A stretch of 64,000 nt of DNA from Mesotaenium endlicherianum (Eukaryota): the NCBI GenBank assembly GCA_009602735.1, contig WELA01003365.1, positions 268,954 to 332,953 of the forward strand. Reading direction: 5' to 3'. Positions 1-11,736 of the stretch are shown in pieces; the stretch's first letter is position 1, and each line of letters opens with the position of its first letter. A program made the position numbers and the translations under genes. Below the pieces are notes generated by a model. The model worked only from the letters and a program-made list of their open reading frames with translations, made no database searches and was not told the DNA's origin.

Positions 1-1394
1 GATCCCCATGGACGCGGACAGCTTCAAGGACTCAACACCCCACAACAGGTTCAAGGCCATGTACAATGAGGTGGAGAGGAGGAGCTGGGAATTCTTGGCC
101 AGAGAAACCAGTCAGCTGGACTTTGCAGGGCACTGGTACCCTTGTACTCTCAAAAAGACAGAAGCTGCCTTCTTCCAAAAGCCCACTGATTGGCGGTAGA
201 TGACCATCAACATGAGGGACCAGCAGAATGACAGGGCGACGGATGAGGATTTCCTGACAGACCTAAACGGGAACATAGTATTGCCACCTCACATTGCGGC
301 TTGGGACCCAAGATTGGATGGAGTCAGAGACTGCATGAGCCAAGAGATGCAGGGGGACAGAAGCAGGGCCCGAGAGTCATTCTCCAAAGGGAAGCACGCT
401 TATGCCAAATGGGGCAAGTAAGCAGGGGGAAAAGGACCTCTATGCGGTCCGGACTCAGCAGCCCCCACCAGCACCCAAAAGGGGAAGGTCAGTAGGATAT
501 TCTTTTTCTCGGGAAGAGCTGGAGCAGCGGATAGAGGAGACCCCAGAAGTCTCAGAGGAACCCGGGGACGGCGAGGAGGCGGAGTCGGAGGAAGACGAGG
601 AGGACGGCGAGGAGGAGTCACTAGCCCCGCCGTGATCCTGACACCTGCCACATCCCCTGTAAGGGAGAAGACGGGGTGGGCCCCGCCGCAACTCGCTCAA
701 GAGGAGGATATCACTTGGCTGGGAACTGCCAGAGGACAGAGCCCATCTCCAGGCAAGAAGACCTAGTCGGACAGGGCAGACAGGAGGGCTGCTCGGGAGA
801 TAGCCAGAGGCCTGCCAGCATCTCCCTCGCAGAGAGGGCATGTACCCTTGGCTCATGTCATGCAACATCCTTCCGGGATGCCGGTATACGTACCTGTCAG
901 TTTGAGGGCTGCCCAGGAGAAGGCTGCCTCCCATCAGTTGCAGACTGTGCAGGAGGAAACATCCCGGTTACTGCGTTCTCCGCCGGGTCCTTACACGGAA
1001 CCTCCTTCTTTGACAGGCTTCAGAAGACCCCAAGACAGGAGGAGGTTTGGCTCCCCTGAGTATAGAGCCTCAGGGACATCTCCCTCCTAAGGGCAGCAGG
1101 CTGGGGATAAGAGGGACAGCACGCTGTTATTAGTGATAGTGTTGTTGAGGCGACAACATGATAAGTTGGAGGGATTGTAATGAATCAGTATATTGGTTGA
1201 TATAATATTCATTTAAATTATATAGTTAATTAAATTCAACCTGCTGAACTCTAGTTAACAATCAGTCTGCTGGACTTTACACTTCATGTCAGTTTAATGA
1301 CTGGGCCGGAAGTAGCAGGCTGAGGTCACCTTAAGTCAGCTTGCTGACACATTCTTTGACAGCTAGCTGACTTCCGTACTCGGTAGCAGCGAAC
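1..1394 (+). mobile_element. 3' part of a second copy of the same element (accessory ORF remnant, PPT 1163-1175, LTR fragment 1176-1394)
   Basis: Reverse complement of about 1799-3191; stop at 197-199 and frameshift near 410. Confidence 0.92.
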
Positions 1395-2017
1395 GGCAAA
1401 GGACAACACACTAGCAGTGAATAATACTCGTCAGTCAAATGCGGGTAAACTAGCATCAATAGTGCAAATCAGTAAACTCATACATAAGCAAGGTTAGAAG
1501 ACAGTGCGTATCAATGGCTTCTCGCCTTGGATTCAGATCTCTCTCAGTAAGCTGTACAAGAGAGTTGGCCTCGTTTCCGAATGCCGAACTCGAGAGCAAT
1601 GCCTAGCATATGTACATGGAATGAGTTTACTGTTCAACGGTCAGTGCGATGGCACCGCCTACCCGGGAGTTAACCACGTTGGTAGGACCTCGGTTAACCA
1701 CATCCACCGCCATCTCCCATCATCCCGAATAGCCATCCATCATAGGGATGTCATCTGGCCATTCATCTAGCGGGTGGTACTTAGATGCATACAAGGCAGT
1801 TCGCTGCTACCGAGTACGGAAGTGAGCTGGCTGTCAAAGAATGTGTCAGCAAGCTAACTTAAGGTGACCTCAGCCTGCTACTTCCGGCCGAGTCATTAAA
1901 CTGATATTGAATATAAAGTCCAGCAGACTGATCATTAACTAGAGTTCAGCAGGCTGAACTTATTTAACTATATTATTTATATGAATATTATGTCAACCAA
2001 TATACTGATTCATCACA
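1392..2017 (-). repeat. 3' LTR, lacking about 95 bp at its distal end
   Basis: Homologous to 9983-10610. Confidence 0.9.
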
Positions 2018-2030
2018 ATCCCTCCAACTT
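2018..2030 (-). promoter_or_regulatory. Polypurine tract
   Basis: AAGTTGGAGGGAT directly before the LTR start TGTGATGAATC. Confidence 0.8.
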
Positions 2031-2102
2031 ATCATGTTGTCGCCTCGACAACACTCACACTAATAATAGCGTACTGTCCCTCTCGTCCCCAGCCTACTGC
2101 CC

Positions 2103-3769
2103 TTAGGAGGGAGATGTCCCTGAGGCCCTATACTCAGGGGAGCCAGACCTCCACCTGTCTTGGGGTCTTCTGAAGCGTGTCAGAGAAGGAGGTTCCGTGT
2201 AAGGACCCGGCGGAGAACGCAGTAACTGGGCTGTTTCCTCCTGCACAGTCTGCAACTGAAGGGAGGCAGCCTTCTCCTGGGCAGCCCTCAAACTGACAGG
2301 TACGTATACCGGCATCCCGGAAGGATGTTGCATGACATGAGCCAAGGGTACATGCCCTCTCTGCGAGGGAGATGCTGGCAGGCCTCTGGCTATCTCCCGA
2401 GCAGCCCTCCTGTCTGCCCTGTCCGACTAGGTCTCCTTGCCTGGAGATGGGCTGTGTCCTCTGGCAGTTCCCAACGAAGTGATATCCTCCTCTTGAGCGA
2501 GTTGCTGCAGGGCCAACCCCGTCTTCTCCCTTACAGGGGATGTGGCAGGTGTCAGGATCACGGCGGGGCTAGTGACTCCTCCTCGCCTTCCTCCTCGTCT
2601 TCCTCTGACTCCTCCTCCTCGCCGTCCCCGGGTTCCTATGAGACTTCTGGGGTCTCTTCTGTCAGCTGCTCCAGCTCTTCCCGAGAAAAAGAATATCCTA
2701 CTGACCTGCCCCTTTTGGGTGCTGGTGGGGGCTGCTGAGTCTGGACCGCATAGAGGTCCTTTTCCCCCTGCTTACTTGCCCATTTGGCATAAGCGTGCTT
2801 CCCTTTGGAGAATGACTCTCGGGCCCTGCTTCTGTCCCCCTGCATCTCTTGGCTCATGCAGTCTCTGACTCCATCCAATCTTGGGTCCCAAGCCGCAATG
2901 TGAGGGGGCAATACTATGTTCCCCTTTAGGTCTGTCAGGAAATCCTCATCCGTCGCCCTGTCATTCTGCTGGTCCCTCATGTTGATGGTCATCCACCGCC
3001 AATCAGTGGGCTTTTGGAAGAAGGCAGCGTCTGTCTTTTTGAGAGTACAAGGGTACCAGTGCCCTGCAAAGTCCAGCTGACTGGTTTCTCTGGCCAAGAA
3101 TTCCCAGCTCCTCCTCTCCACCTCATTGTACATGGCCTTGAACCTGTTGTGGGGTGTTGAGTCCTTGAAGCTGTCCGCGTCCATGGGGATCATCCTGATG
3201 ACCCTATCTGCCCCCCAGATACCAGGAATCGAGACAGCTCCTGCTTCGTTCACCTGGGCCATTGCCTTGGCCTCTCCGATGGTATATCCTACCATCCTGG
3301 CGTAATCGTGGTAGAGGAGGAGCCCTGTGCCGACCTCTATATACTTGTCAAAGTTTTCGGATGTCTCCCCTTCCCTCTGGAGGATTTCCTTCTGCGACTC
3401 ACTGCGACTTCTCTGGGCATACTTGAAGGCCTCCTCCAGTAGATCAAAGCCCTTGCCCAGCACCGTGTAGCGGTAGCTGCTGATTCTCCTCTGTTCTTCT
3501 TCTTCAACCTGCTGCTTCCGCTTCTCCTCAGCTTGCCTTTCCTTTTCTGCTTTCTTGGCCTCCTCTGCAGCTTTTCGGTCCAATTCTTCCTGCCTCAGTC
3601 TGGCCTGTTCCTCCTCCTCCTTCTTCTTCTGTGCCTCCCGCTGTTGTTGGAGTCGTTGTGATTCCCGAGCGGAGATGGAAGATGATTCGATGTCTCCACG
3701 GACTTGCAAGTATTCTGCATGTGCCTCTTCCGCCCTTCTCTTCCTCTTGAGTTCCGACTTTTGAGTCAT
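2103..3769 (-). pseudogene. Accessory ORF of the retrotransposon (coiled-coil N-terminus, unknown central domain, disordered tail)
   Basis: 377 aa open (2636-3769), same sense as pol, between pol and the PPT; mirrored in the second copy at 1-1090. Confidence 0.75.
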
Positions 3770-4601
3770 CCTGTAGTGATTTGAGTTATTATATATTAGT
3801 TTGCATATATTTTAATGTTTTCAAATATATTTGGAGTAGTATTGTGTGGAGTCAAGTGTGAATAGGTACTCTAGTAACTTTGTTCATGTCCTTTGAACCT
3901 TCCAAGGCATTTTCGAAGTTAGAGGAAAGACCTAGAAGAACTCCATGTGGCAAAAGTCAAATGTGCCATTTTTAGGTCAAAAGGACATGTGTACATTATT
4001 CTAGAAAGAGGTGGCAAGTTTTGGGATGTGTTGGGTGCCAACACATCAACATACACCTTCCTAGAAATTACTTATGTAGCAAGTATATAAACAAGAGCTA
4101 GAACATTGAAAGACATTCGAGAATCACTCTTGTACTTGCCAAAATCCAGAAATATATTAACTTTCAAGAAGCCATCTCTCTTTCAAGAAGCTACCACTTG
4201 TGTTCAAAGATCCTTGTCTTGAATAGATAAAGTATTCTGTTTTACTAAGTACTTGATCTATCTGTTTCACTACACATCCTGCTGAATCATAAACACAATG
4301 CAGTTAGTGAAGTCATGTTATTTTGCCGCTACTGAGTGCCCTTGATGAAGAGGAACGCGATCGGGAGAGTTCCTAGTGTGGAATACCTGGTGTGAGTGAA
4401 TATAAGGGAAATTTGAGTTACAGAGCAAGTGAGTGTGAGCGCAGGTTGAGTGGGTAATATGGTGATCAAAGAATACCACTCTCTCCAACTTAATTTTAAA
4501 GGTGGGCTGCCTATCACAACTATCACTAACTGTCACATCCCTCTCCAACTTATATGGAGACAGGACAGCCTGTCACCTTCCCGTGTCAATCGAAATGACT
4601 G

Positions 4602-7600
4602 TTAGGGAGGTGCCACAGCCGCTCGAAGGTGGAACCGTTTCAACGCCCCTTTGGCATTGGTCAGCTGATCTTTAAATTCCCAAGTGCCCCCAGAGGCATC
4701 GTAACCCTTCCATCGGATGAGGTACTTCATGACATATTTAGACGATCGACGGACCGAGCGAGCGTCTAAAATCTCCTCGACCTCATATTCCTCAAGATCG
4801 CCGTCCCGGACAGCGGGGACCGGTCCCGGTTGGACAAGTAACCGACCTGTGAACAGTGAATCACCTTTGATGTATGGTTCCAGGAAGGAGACATTAAAGA
4901 CCGGGTGACCCTTGTAGTCAGCTGACATGTTCAGTTTGTAAGCATTCTGACCGACACGACGTACCACCGAATATGGACCAACCCTGACTGGGCCAAGCTT
5001 ATTCTTGACCACACCAGGGAGGTACACGTGCTGAGAATGCAGTTTGACTAAATCGCCCTTAGAAAATGTCAGCTCCCGACGGTGTTGATTAGCGTATTTT
5101 TGTTGGTTTTCTTGGGCTTTGTGCAGGTTTTGTTGGACTTCTGACAGGGTGTCAGCAAACTCCTGAGTTAACTGGAGGGAGACCGGGTTGTCAATCCCTT
5201 CAGGGTCAGTTAAAGACTCCCCCAGTACATCTGAAGGAGACTTAGGGACTCTACCGAGGCTGAGTTCAAAAGGAGTCTTGCCCGTTGACGTGTGCACCGC
5301 ACTGTTGACCGCAAACTGAATTTGAGGCAACATGTCATCCCAATTATCTTGTTTTTGGTTAATGTATGCTCTCAGCACCTCCTACAGAAATCGGTTAGTT
5401 CTTTCAGTCTGCCCATCAGTCTGAGGGTGGTTTGCTGTGCTCAGAAGCTGTTTGACTCCCATTAACCCCATTAAAGCTCTCCAGAACTTAGAGGTGAATT
5501 TCGAGTCTCTGTCTGAGATGATAGTTGAAGGGAGCCCATGTTGGCATACTACATGGTTGTAGAACTGTCTCGCTGTTTCGAGTGCAGTCACTTTGACAGT
5601 TGTGGGGATAAAAATGACCATTTTTGTCAGTTTATCCACGACTACCAGTATTGAATCATGCCCATTGGCAGTTCTTGGTAGTGAAACCACCCAGTCCATG
5701 GATATAGTTTCCCAGCGTCCAGCTGGGATGGGCAGCGGTTGCAAGAGACCTCCGGGTGGTGTGTGCCGAGACTTATTTCTCTGACACTGGTCACAGGATT
5801 TGACATATTTCAAGACCTTCCGGGGTAACCCCTCCCTATGATAATGTTTTGCCAGTTTGCCAACGGTTTTGGCCTGCCCCAAATGTCCACCCAGGAGACT
5901 GTCATGCGCTTGGCTCAGTAAGAGAGATTTTATTTCCAAGTTATTAGGAATGACCAGCTTCAGCCTGCCTGAAGTGGTTTCAGTCACCCAGACCCCTCCC
6001 TTAAGCTTATACCCGAGTGCAGTAGCACGACACACACCAGTAGTGGGGCTGGGCTCAAATGTTGGGTCAGAAAGGTAGGCTTTCCTAAGTTGTTCTAGGA
6101 AGGACTTTTTCACCTTTAGTGAAGTGAGTGCACACAGGACTTTATCTACAGCATGCTGACTAAAGTTCCGTTCTTGCAAGTCAGGTCTTCTAGAGAGTGC
6201 ATCAGCAGGATTCAACTTCCCTGGTTTGTAGACGATCTGGACTTGGAATTGCTCCAGCATCTGGCTCCAGCGGTTCTCCCTGCTCGAAAGCTTGAACTTC
6301 TTCTGAAAGTGAGTCAGAGCTAGATGATCTGTAATCATCTTAAAAGCTTTGCAATGTAAGTATGCTCTCCACTGTTTGAGTACATGAATTAATCTCCGCT
6401 GGATTAGATTTCATAGACTCATACAACACAGGATGCCACTCCTGCCGTACCTTACCATCCTTTGTGGTTTTGTCAGCAGGCTGCAACAAAATAGCACCCA
6501 TGGCAAAGTCAGAGGCATCAGTAACCACCTGCACCGGTTTGCTGGGGTCATACACGGCTAGCACTGGGGTAGAACAAAGGGCATCTTTAAGGGTCTGGAA
6601 GGCAGCCTGCTGCTCTTCCCCCCACACATACCCGATGTCTTTCTTAGTAAGGTCAGTCAGTTTACTGGCCTTTGTGGAACAATTCTCAATAAATCTCCCG
6701 AAGTAGTTAGCCAACCCGAGGAAGGATCTAACTTCAGAGACAGGCTGTGGTACTGGCCAGTCCCTTATGGTTTGGACTTTCTTAGGATCCACGCTGATGC
6801 CCTTTTTACTGACAATGTGGCCTAAGAATTCAATACTGTCTTTAAAGAAATCACACTTGCTCATTTTAGCATATAAGTGATTCGTTCTCAGAGTGTCCAG
6901 GACTGTCTTTAAGTGTTCAGCGTGCTGAGCTTCATCTTTAGAGAAAATTAAAATATCATCCAGGAAAACTTGCACAAACTTATCCAAATAAGGTCTGAAA
7001 ATGTCATTCATAGCACCCATGAAGGTAGCAGGAGCATTAGTCAGTCCAAATGGCATCACGTTGAACTCATAGTGTCCATAACGTGTGCGGAAGGCAGTCT
7101 TGTGTTCATCCCCCTCAGCAATTCTGATTTGATGATAACCACTCTTGAGATCTATCTTACTGAACACCTTAGCGCCAGACAGGGTATCAAGCAAGTCCTC
7201 GATTCTGGGTAAAGCATACTTGTTCTTTACTGTAATTCTGTTCAGGGCTCTGTAATCCACACACATCCGCATACTGCCATCCTTTTTCTTAACAAATAGG
7301 ATAGGTGCGCCGTACGGTGATTTACTGGGAGAAATGTAACCATTTTCCTCCAGCTCTGCAATCTGTGTTTTCAACTCCTCACTCTCCAAATAAGACAAGC
7401 CATACGTGCGTTGCCAGGGTGGCTGGCTACCAGGTAATAAATCAATCCTATGATCTACTTCCCGCTTAGGGGGTAGTCCTGGAGGCATATTAAACACATC
7501 CGTGTACTGAGCAACAATGTTTGCAGCAGTAGGGTGTTCCGGAGGGTGTACCTTTTTCTCAACCACTTCTTCAGGTTGAGGAGGTACCTCTCTTAGCAGC

Positions 7601-8376
7601 AGACAGAACATTCTGTCTTCCCTCGGGTTCCAGCTTTTGACGAACTCCATTGCATTCAGCAACTTGCATCCTTATGGAAACCTCTTCTTTTCCTTTATTT
7701 GCCATCCACACAGGACAAGAGGAAGAGCACTGGTGGGTGACAAGTCAGTCTGCCCATCATTGGCTCCTCTCACTTTAACTGTACCTCTGCTCCAACACAC
7801 TTCAGCTTGATGTCTCTTAAGCCAGGACCTGCCTAGCACGAGATCATAAAAGCCAGTGTTGAGTACCTCAAATGTAAGCGTTTCAGTTAGAACTGCAATG
7901 CCAGAACTTAAGTGGACCTCAATAGGCTTGGTTATAACTCCTCCCGAGATACTTGAGGCATCTCCAAGGAATAATTTTCTATTCCCTTGGGTGACAGTAG
8001 GCAGCCTTAGCCGCTTAACTAAGTCCTCGTGGATAAAAGTATGTGACGTCCCTCCGTCAAGAAATGCCCTCACCTTCCTACCTGCAATCATGCAATGCAG
8101 TAGGATAGGGGGGACTGTCTTTTCCTGACTTTCGCATTGTTCTCCTGACGTAGCAAAGAAATGTTGGACATCAGGTGGAACAAGAGCATCCAGAGTGTGC
8201 ACTCTCTGGACGTCTATATTGCTGATGGTCTCCTTTATCTGTTTGTCAGGCATGCATAGTGAATCCAGTTCAGCAGGACCCATAATACCTCCTACGAGGG
8301 CAGCTAGTGACGACTCACTATCTCTAGCATCCTCACAGTGAGTAGACTCGATTACTGACTGTTGCTGTCTTTTAAA
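4602..8376 (-). pseudogene. pol: pol: protease, reverse transcriptase, RNase H, integrase, chromodomain
   Basis: FLDGGTSHTFI (PR); [12 protein letters not shown] and FLDDILIFS (RT); [12 protein letters not shown] (RH); H2C2 plus ISDRD/HPQTDGQTER (IN); YEVEEIL..YLIRWKGY..TWE (chromodomain). In-frame stops at 7672 and 5382; deletion/frameshift in RH near 6340. Confidence 0.95.
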
Positions 8377-9854
8377 GGCTGGTCTTTTCTCTCGACCTTC
8401 GGAAGGTGCTTGACTGGACACTGTTCTCTGTAGTGGCCTTTCTGCTGACAATGGTAGCAAGTNGACAATGGTAGCAAGTGGATTTTGCTGAGGCTGGTCT
8501 CGGCTTAGTCCTACCACCACCTCTTCCATAGCCGCCTCGAGAGAAACCACCTCTACCTCTAGACTGNNNNNNNNNNNNNNNNNNNNNNNNNNNNNNNNNN
8601 NNNNNNNATCCTCAGCCTCGTCTCCTTCCACTGCATTGTAGGAACCGTGGGGCTTTTTGATAACCTTAGACACCAAAGCATTACTCTGGCGCTTGTGATT
8701 GAATTGCTGTTGATCCCNTTGATCCCAGGCATCCGCATCCTGGATGAAGTCAGCCAGTTTCTCATACTTTTTCTCAGCAAAATGACCAGAGACCTCCGAT
8801 TTCAAGCCATACTTGAAGTATGCTATCCTATATCGTTCTGGCAAATCGGGCTGCTTCATCATGTTCTCTTGGAACTTTTGAGCAAACTCAGCAACTGAAG
8901 TGGTCTGCTTCAGTGTCAGGGAGATCATCGCATAGATAGCTTTCTCCTGCTGGTTGATGACATCAAACTTCTCATGCAACTTCTCGACAAACTCTACCCA
9001 CGTAGGGTCACCGAGTTGCCGAGCCTTACGCTCTTCCTTCCAGTAAAGCCACCAGTCTGCGGCACTGTTCAGTAGCGCACCGGTGTGCCTGACCTTCTCG
9101 TAATGTTGCAGTGCTGGGTAGTTCTCCAGCCACTGCTCAACATCCGCGAGAAACTTGATCAGGTAATATTTTCTGTTTCCCTCAGGATCATAGTCCTGGG
9201 GAGGTTTCGGCTTGGGCTTACTAGGCCCTCGGCCACCACCACTAGTGGTTTGAGACCCCAGTTGGTCTCTGTCCCGTAGTAGGGACATTATGATTCTTTT
9301 GTCCTCCTGTTGGGACTGATACATGGTCGCCATTTGCGACTGCATCTGAACGAACAATGCTCCCAAGTCTACACTCTGGGGTGGTAGATTAGCAAATGCA
9401 GCAGCAGCATTGACCTCTACTCAGTGAGTAGTGTTATCAACAGTCCCTCTCGCTCCTGCAGCAGCAATTCTGCCGCATTCAGCCGGTCACGTATTTGATT
9501 TAGGGGTACATTGAGTTGTACAGCAGGAGGTGGGTTAAGAACATTGGCCCTTGATGCCATAATTTCCTCGACAGTGCGCTCGTCAGCTGGCTGTCTTTCC
9601 CTCCTTTCTGTATCTTCAGCGGCCTTCGCTAATTGTTCAGCTTCTAGCCTGGCTCTCTCCTCCTCAGCTTGCTGTGCTGCGACTGCGGCAATAGCAGCTG
9701 CCTCATCTGCAGCCTCTCTAGCTGCAGTATCTGCTACTGCTTCAGAATAGGTACGATTTCCCGCTACATGGCTTTCCGCCTGGTTTTCGACATTCTCGTT
9801 ATCCTGGTTCTCCATGTCTCGGGAGTTGCTAGTTTGAGACCTTGTCCTTACCAT
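8352..9854 (-). pseudogene. gag: gag with CCHC zinc knuckle
   Basis: MVRTRS start; retrotransposon-gag-like core; CYHCQQKGHYREQC followed by TAA at 8352-8354; disrupted near 9420 and by assembly gaps. Confidence 0.85.
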
Positions 9855-9874
9855 ACAAAGAAGACTGTGATAAC

Positions 9875-9887
9875 GGCTCCGATACCA
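9875..9887 (-). promoter_or_regulatory. Primer binding site (tRNA-iMet type)
   Basis: TGGTATCGGAGCC, 1 nt inside the LTR-terminal CA. Confidence 0.9.
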
Positions 9888-9888
9888 C

Positions 9889-10610
9889 TGAAATGAATCG
9901 ACTTACCAAATAGGCGATTAACAATTAATAAAGATCTTTATAGCAGCAAGTAATCTTTATGGTATTTTCCGTTAACTGGTTTAACGGCAAAGGACAACAC
10001 ACTAGCAGTGAATAATACTCGTAAGTCAAATGCGAGTAAACTAGCATCAATAATGCAAATCAGTAAACTCATACATAAGCAAGCTTAGAAGACAGTGCGT
10101 ATCAATGGCTTCTCGCCTTGGATTCAGATCACTCTCAGTAAGCTTGTACAAGAGAATTGGCCTCGTTTCCGAATGCCGAACTCAACAGCATTGCCTAGCA
10201 TATGTACATGGAATGAGTTCACTGTTCAACGGTCAGTGCGATGGCACCGCCTACCCGGGAGTTAACCACGTTGGTAGGACCTCGGTTAACCAAATCCACC
10301 GCCATCTCCCATCATCCCGAATCGCCATCCATCATAGGGATATCATCTGGCCATTCATCTAGCATACCACACTTAGATGCATATCGAGGCAGTTCGCTGC
10401 TACCGAGTACGGAAGTCAGCTGGCTGTCAAAGAATGTGTCAGCAAGCTGACTTAAGGTGACCTCAGCCTGCTACTTCCGGCCGAGTCATTAAACTGATAT
10501 TAAATATAAAGTCCAGCAGACTGATTATTAACTAGAGTTCAGCAGGCTGAACTTATTTAACTATATTATTTAAATGAATATTACATCAACCAATGTACTG
10601 ATTCATTACA
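9889..10610 (-). repeat. 5' LTR (722 bp)
   Basis: Minus strand begins TGTAATGAAT and ends ATTCATTTCA; 9983-10610 aligns to 1392-2017 at roughly 95% identity by eye. Confidence 0.92.
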
Positions 10611-11736
10611 TCACTTGAGTATCTATTCACACTTGAATCCACACAAAACTACTATAAAAATATTCAAAAGCATTCAAATATAGAAACAAATTAATATATT
10701 CTAATTTCTCTATCACTACAGTTTTGCCTTGGCAAATATTGATCCTACCATAAAAACCGAGCCCCCGGGACTGGTGCAAGCCACGCCTTGTGCCTTACTA
10801 TTCTAGATGGCACACTTCCTGTATTGGCGATGAAGAAGTATGAGCAAGAAGTTGGGAATGGTTTGACTGTGTCAAAACCCCTCAAAAAAAGAGAGCTTGA
10901 AAGCAAAAAATAGCTTTAAGCTTGAAGCTTTAGCTGAAAGGGAGGGAATTAAGGTAAGTTTGAAGGCGATCAACTTCAAAAGAGGAACTCTCATGAGAGA
11001 AGTCATGAAAGTGAGCTTGTGGTGTGCAAATACTCAAGCGACGCACTGAGGGAACTTGGCAATTTCCAGCCATGTCAAGGAAGGAGAAGAGTCAACAGGA
11101 CTTGACCAGTCACTGACACACTTGCAAAATCAATGGTCAACGATCAGGTTGATGACACACGCGCAGACCACCGACAAAAGGGACATCGACATGGATTAGG
11201 CACGACAGGGGCCCAATCGCTGCCCATCGCCCTTGAGCAAGTGGTAGCAAGGCCTCGCTATGGCCTGGGTTTTCAAGAACCAGCGATAGCGAGCAAAAGC
11301 TCCCGTGGTAAACCCGGGAATGTCGTTAAAAAATCCATAAAGAGTCGATTCTGCCCAGTTTCATGCAATAGTCCAGTCGAACATCTCGAGACGTGACTTT
11401 AATGGCCGTATGAAGTATTACACCTAACTATTTCCGAGGTCTACATGCCGCACAGGTATAGCTGCAATCGGCTGCAACGGTCTTCCCAGGTCTACCCGCC
11501 AAAGAAAAAAAGATGGCCATCGGGGTTCATGGGCCATTCGAGGGTGCAGGTTATTGACGCTTGAGTTTCGAAACTGTTTCCTCCTGCCGATACCCTTCCG
11601 CAGAGAAATTGGGTCTAGCGGAAGGTACACGGACCAGCAATTAGTTGCTATAGAAAAGGCGTAGTCACGACGCTCTTTTTAAATCCCTCGCTGATTGATG
11701 AATAATATCGGCAAGCAGTGACATATATTTTTCACG

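Larger units (their letters stand above)
1392..10610 (-). mobile_element. Ty3/gypsy chromovirus LTR retrotransposon, decayed, 3' LTR truncated
   Basis: 5' LTR 9889-10610, PBS, gag-PR-RT-RH-IN-chromodomain order, PPT and a matching 3' LTR (1392-2017); multiple stops and frameshifts. Confidence 0.95.

Noticed and set aside
1504..1770. ORFs inside the LTRs (also 10105-10362)
   Set aside because: Frames differ between LTR copies because of an indel; no recognisable motif
8446..8480. Short duplication at the gag zinc knuckle and the apparent continuous 564-aa gag-PR ORF
   Set aside because: The duplication straddles an n at 8463; with the N gap at 8567-8607 it creates an artificial frame fusion
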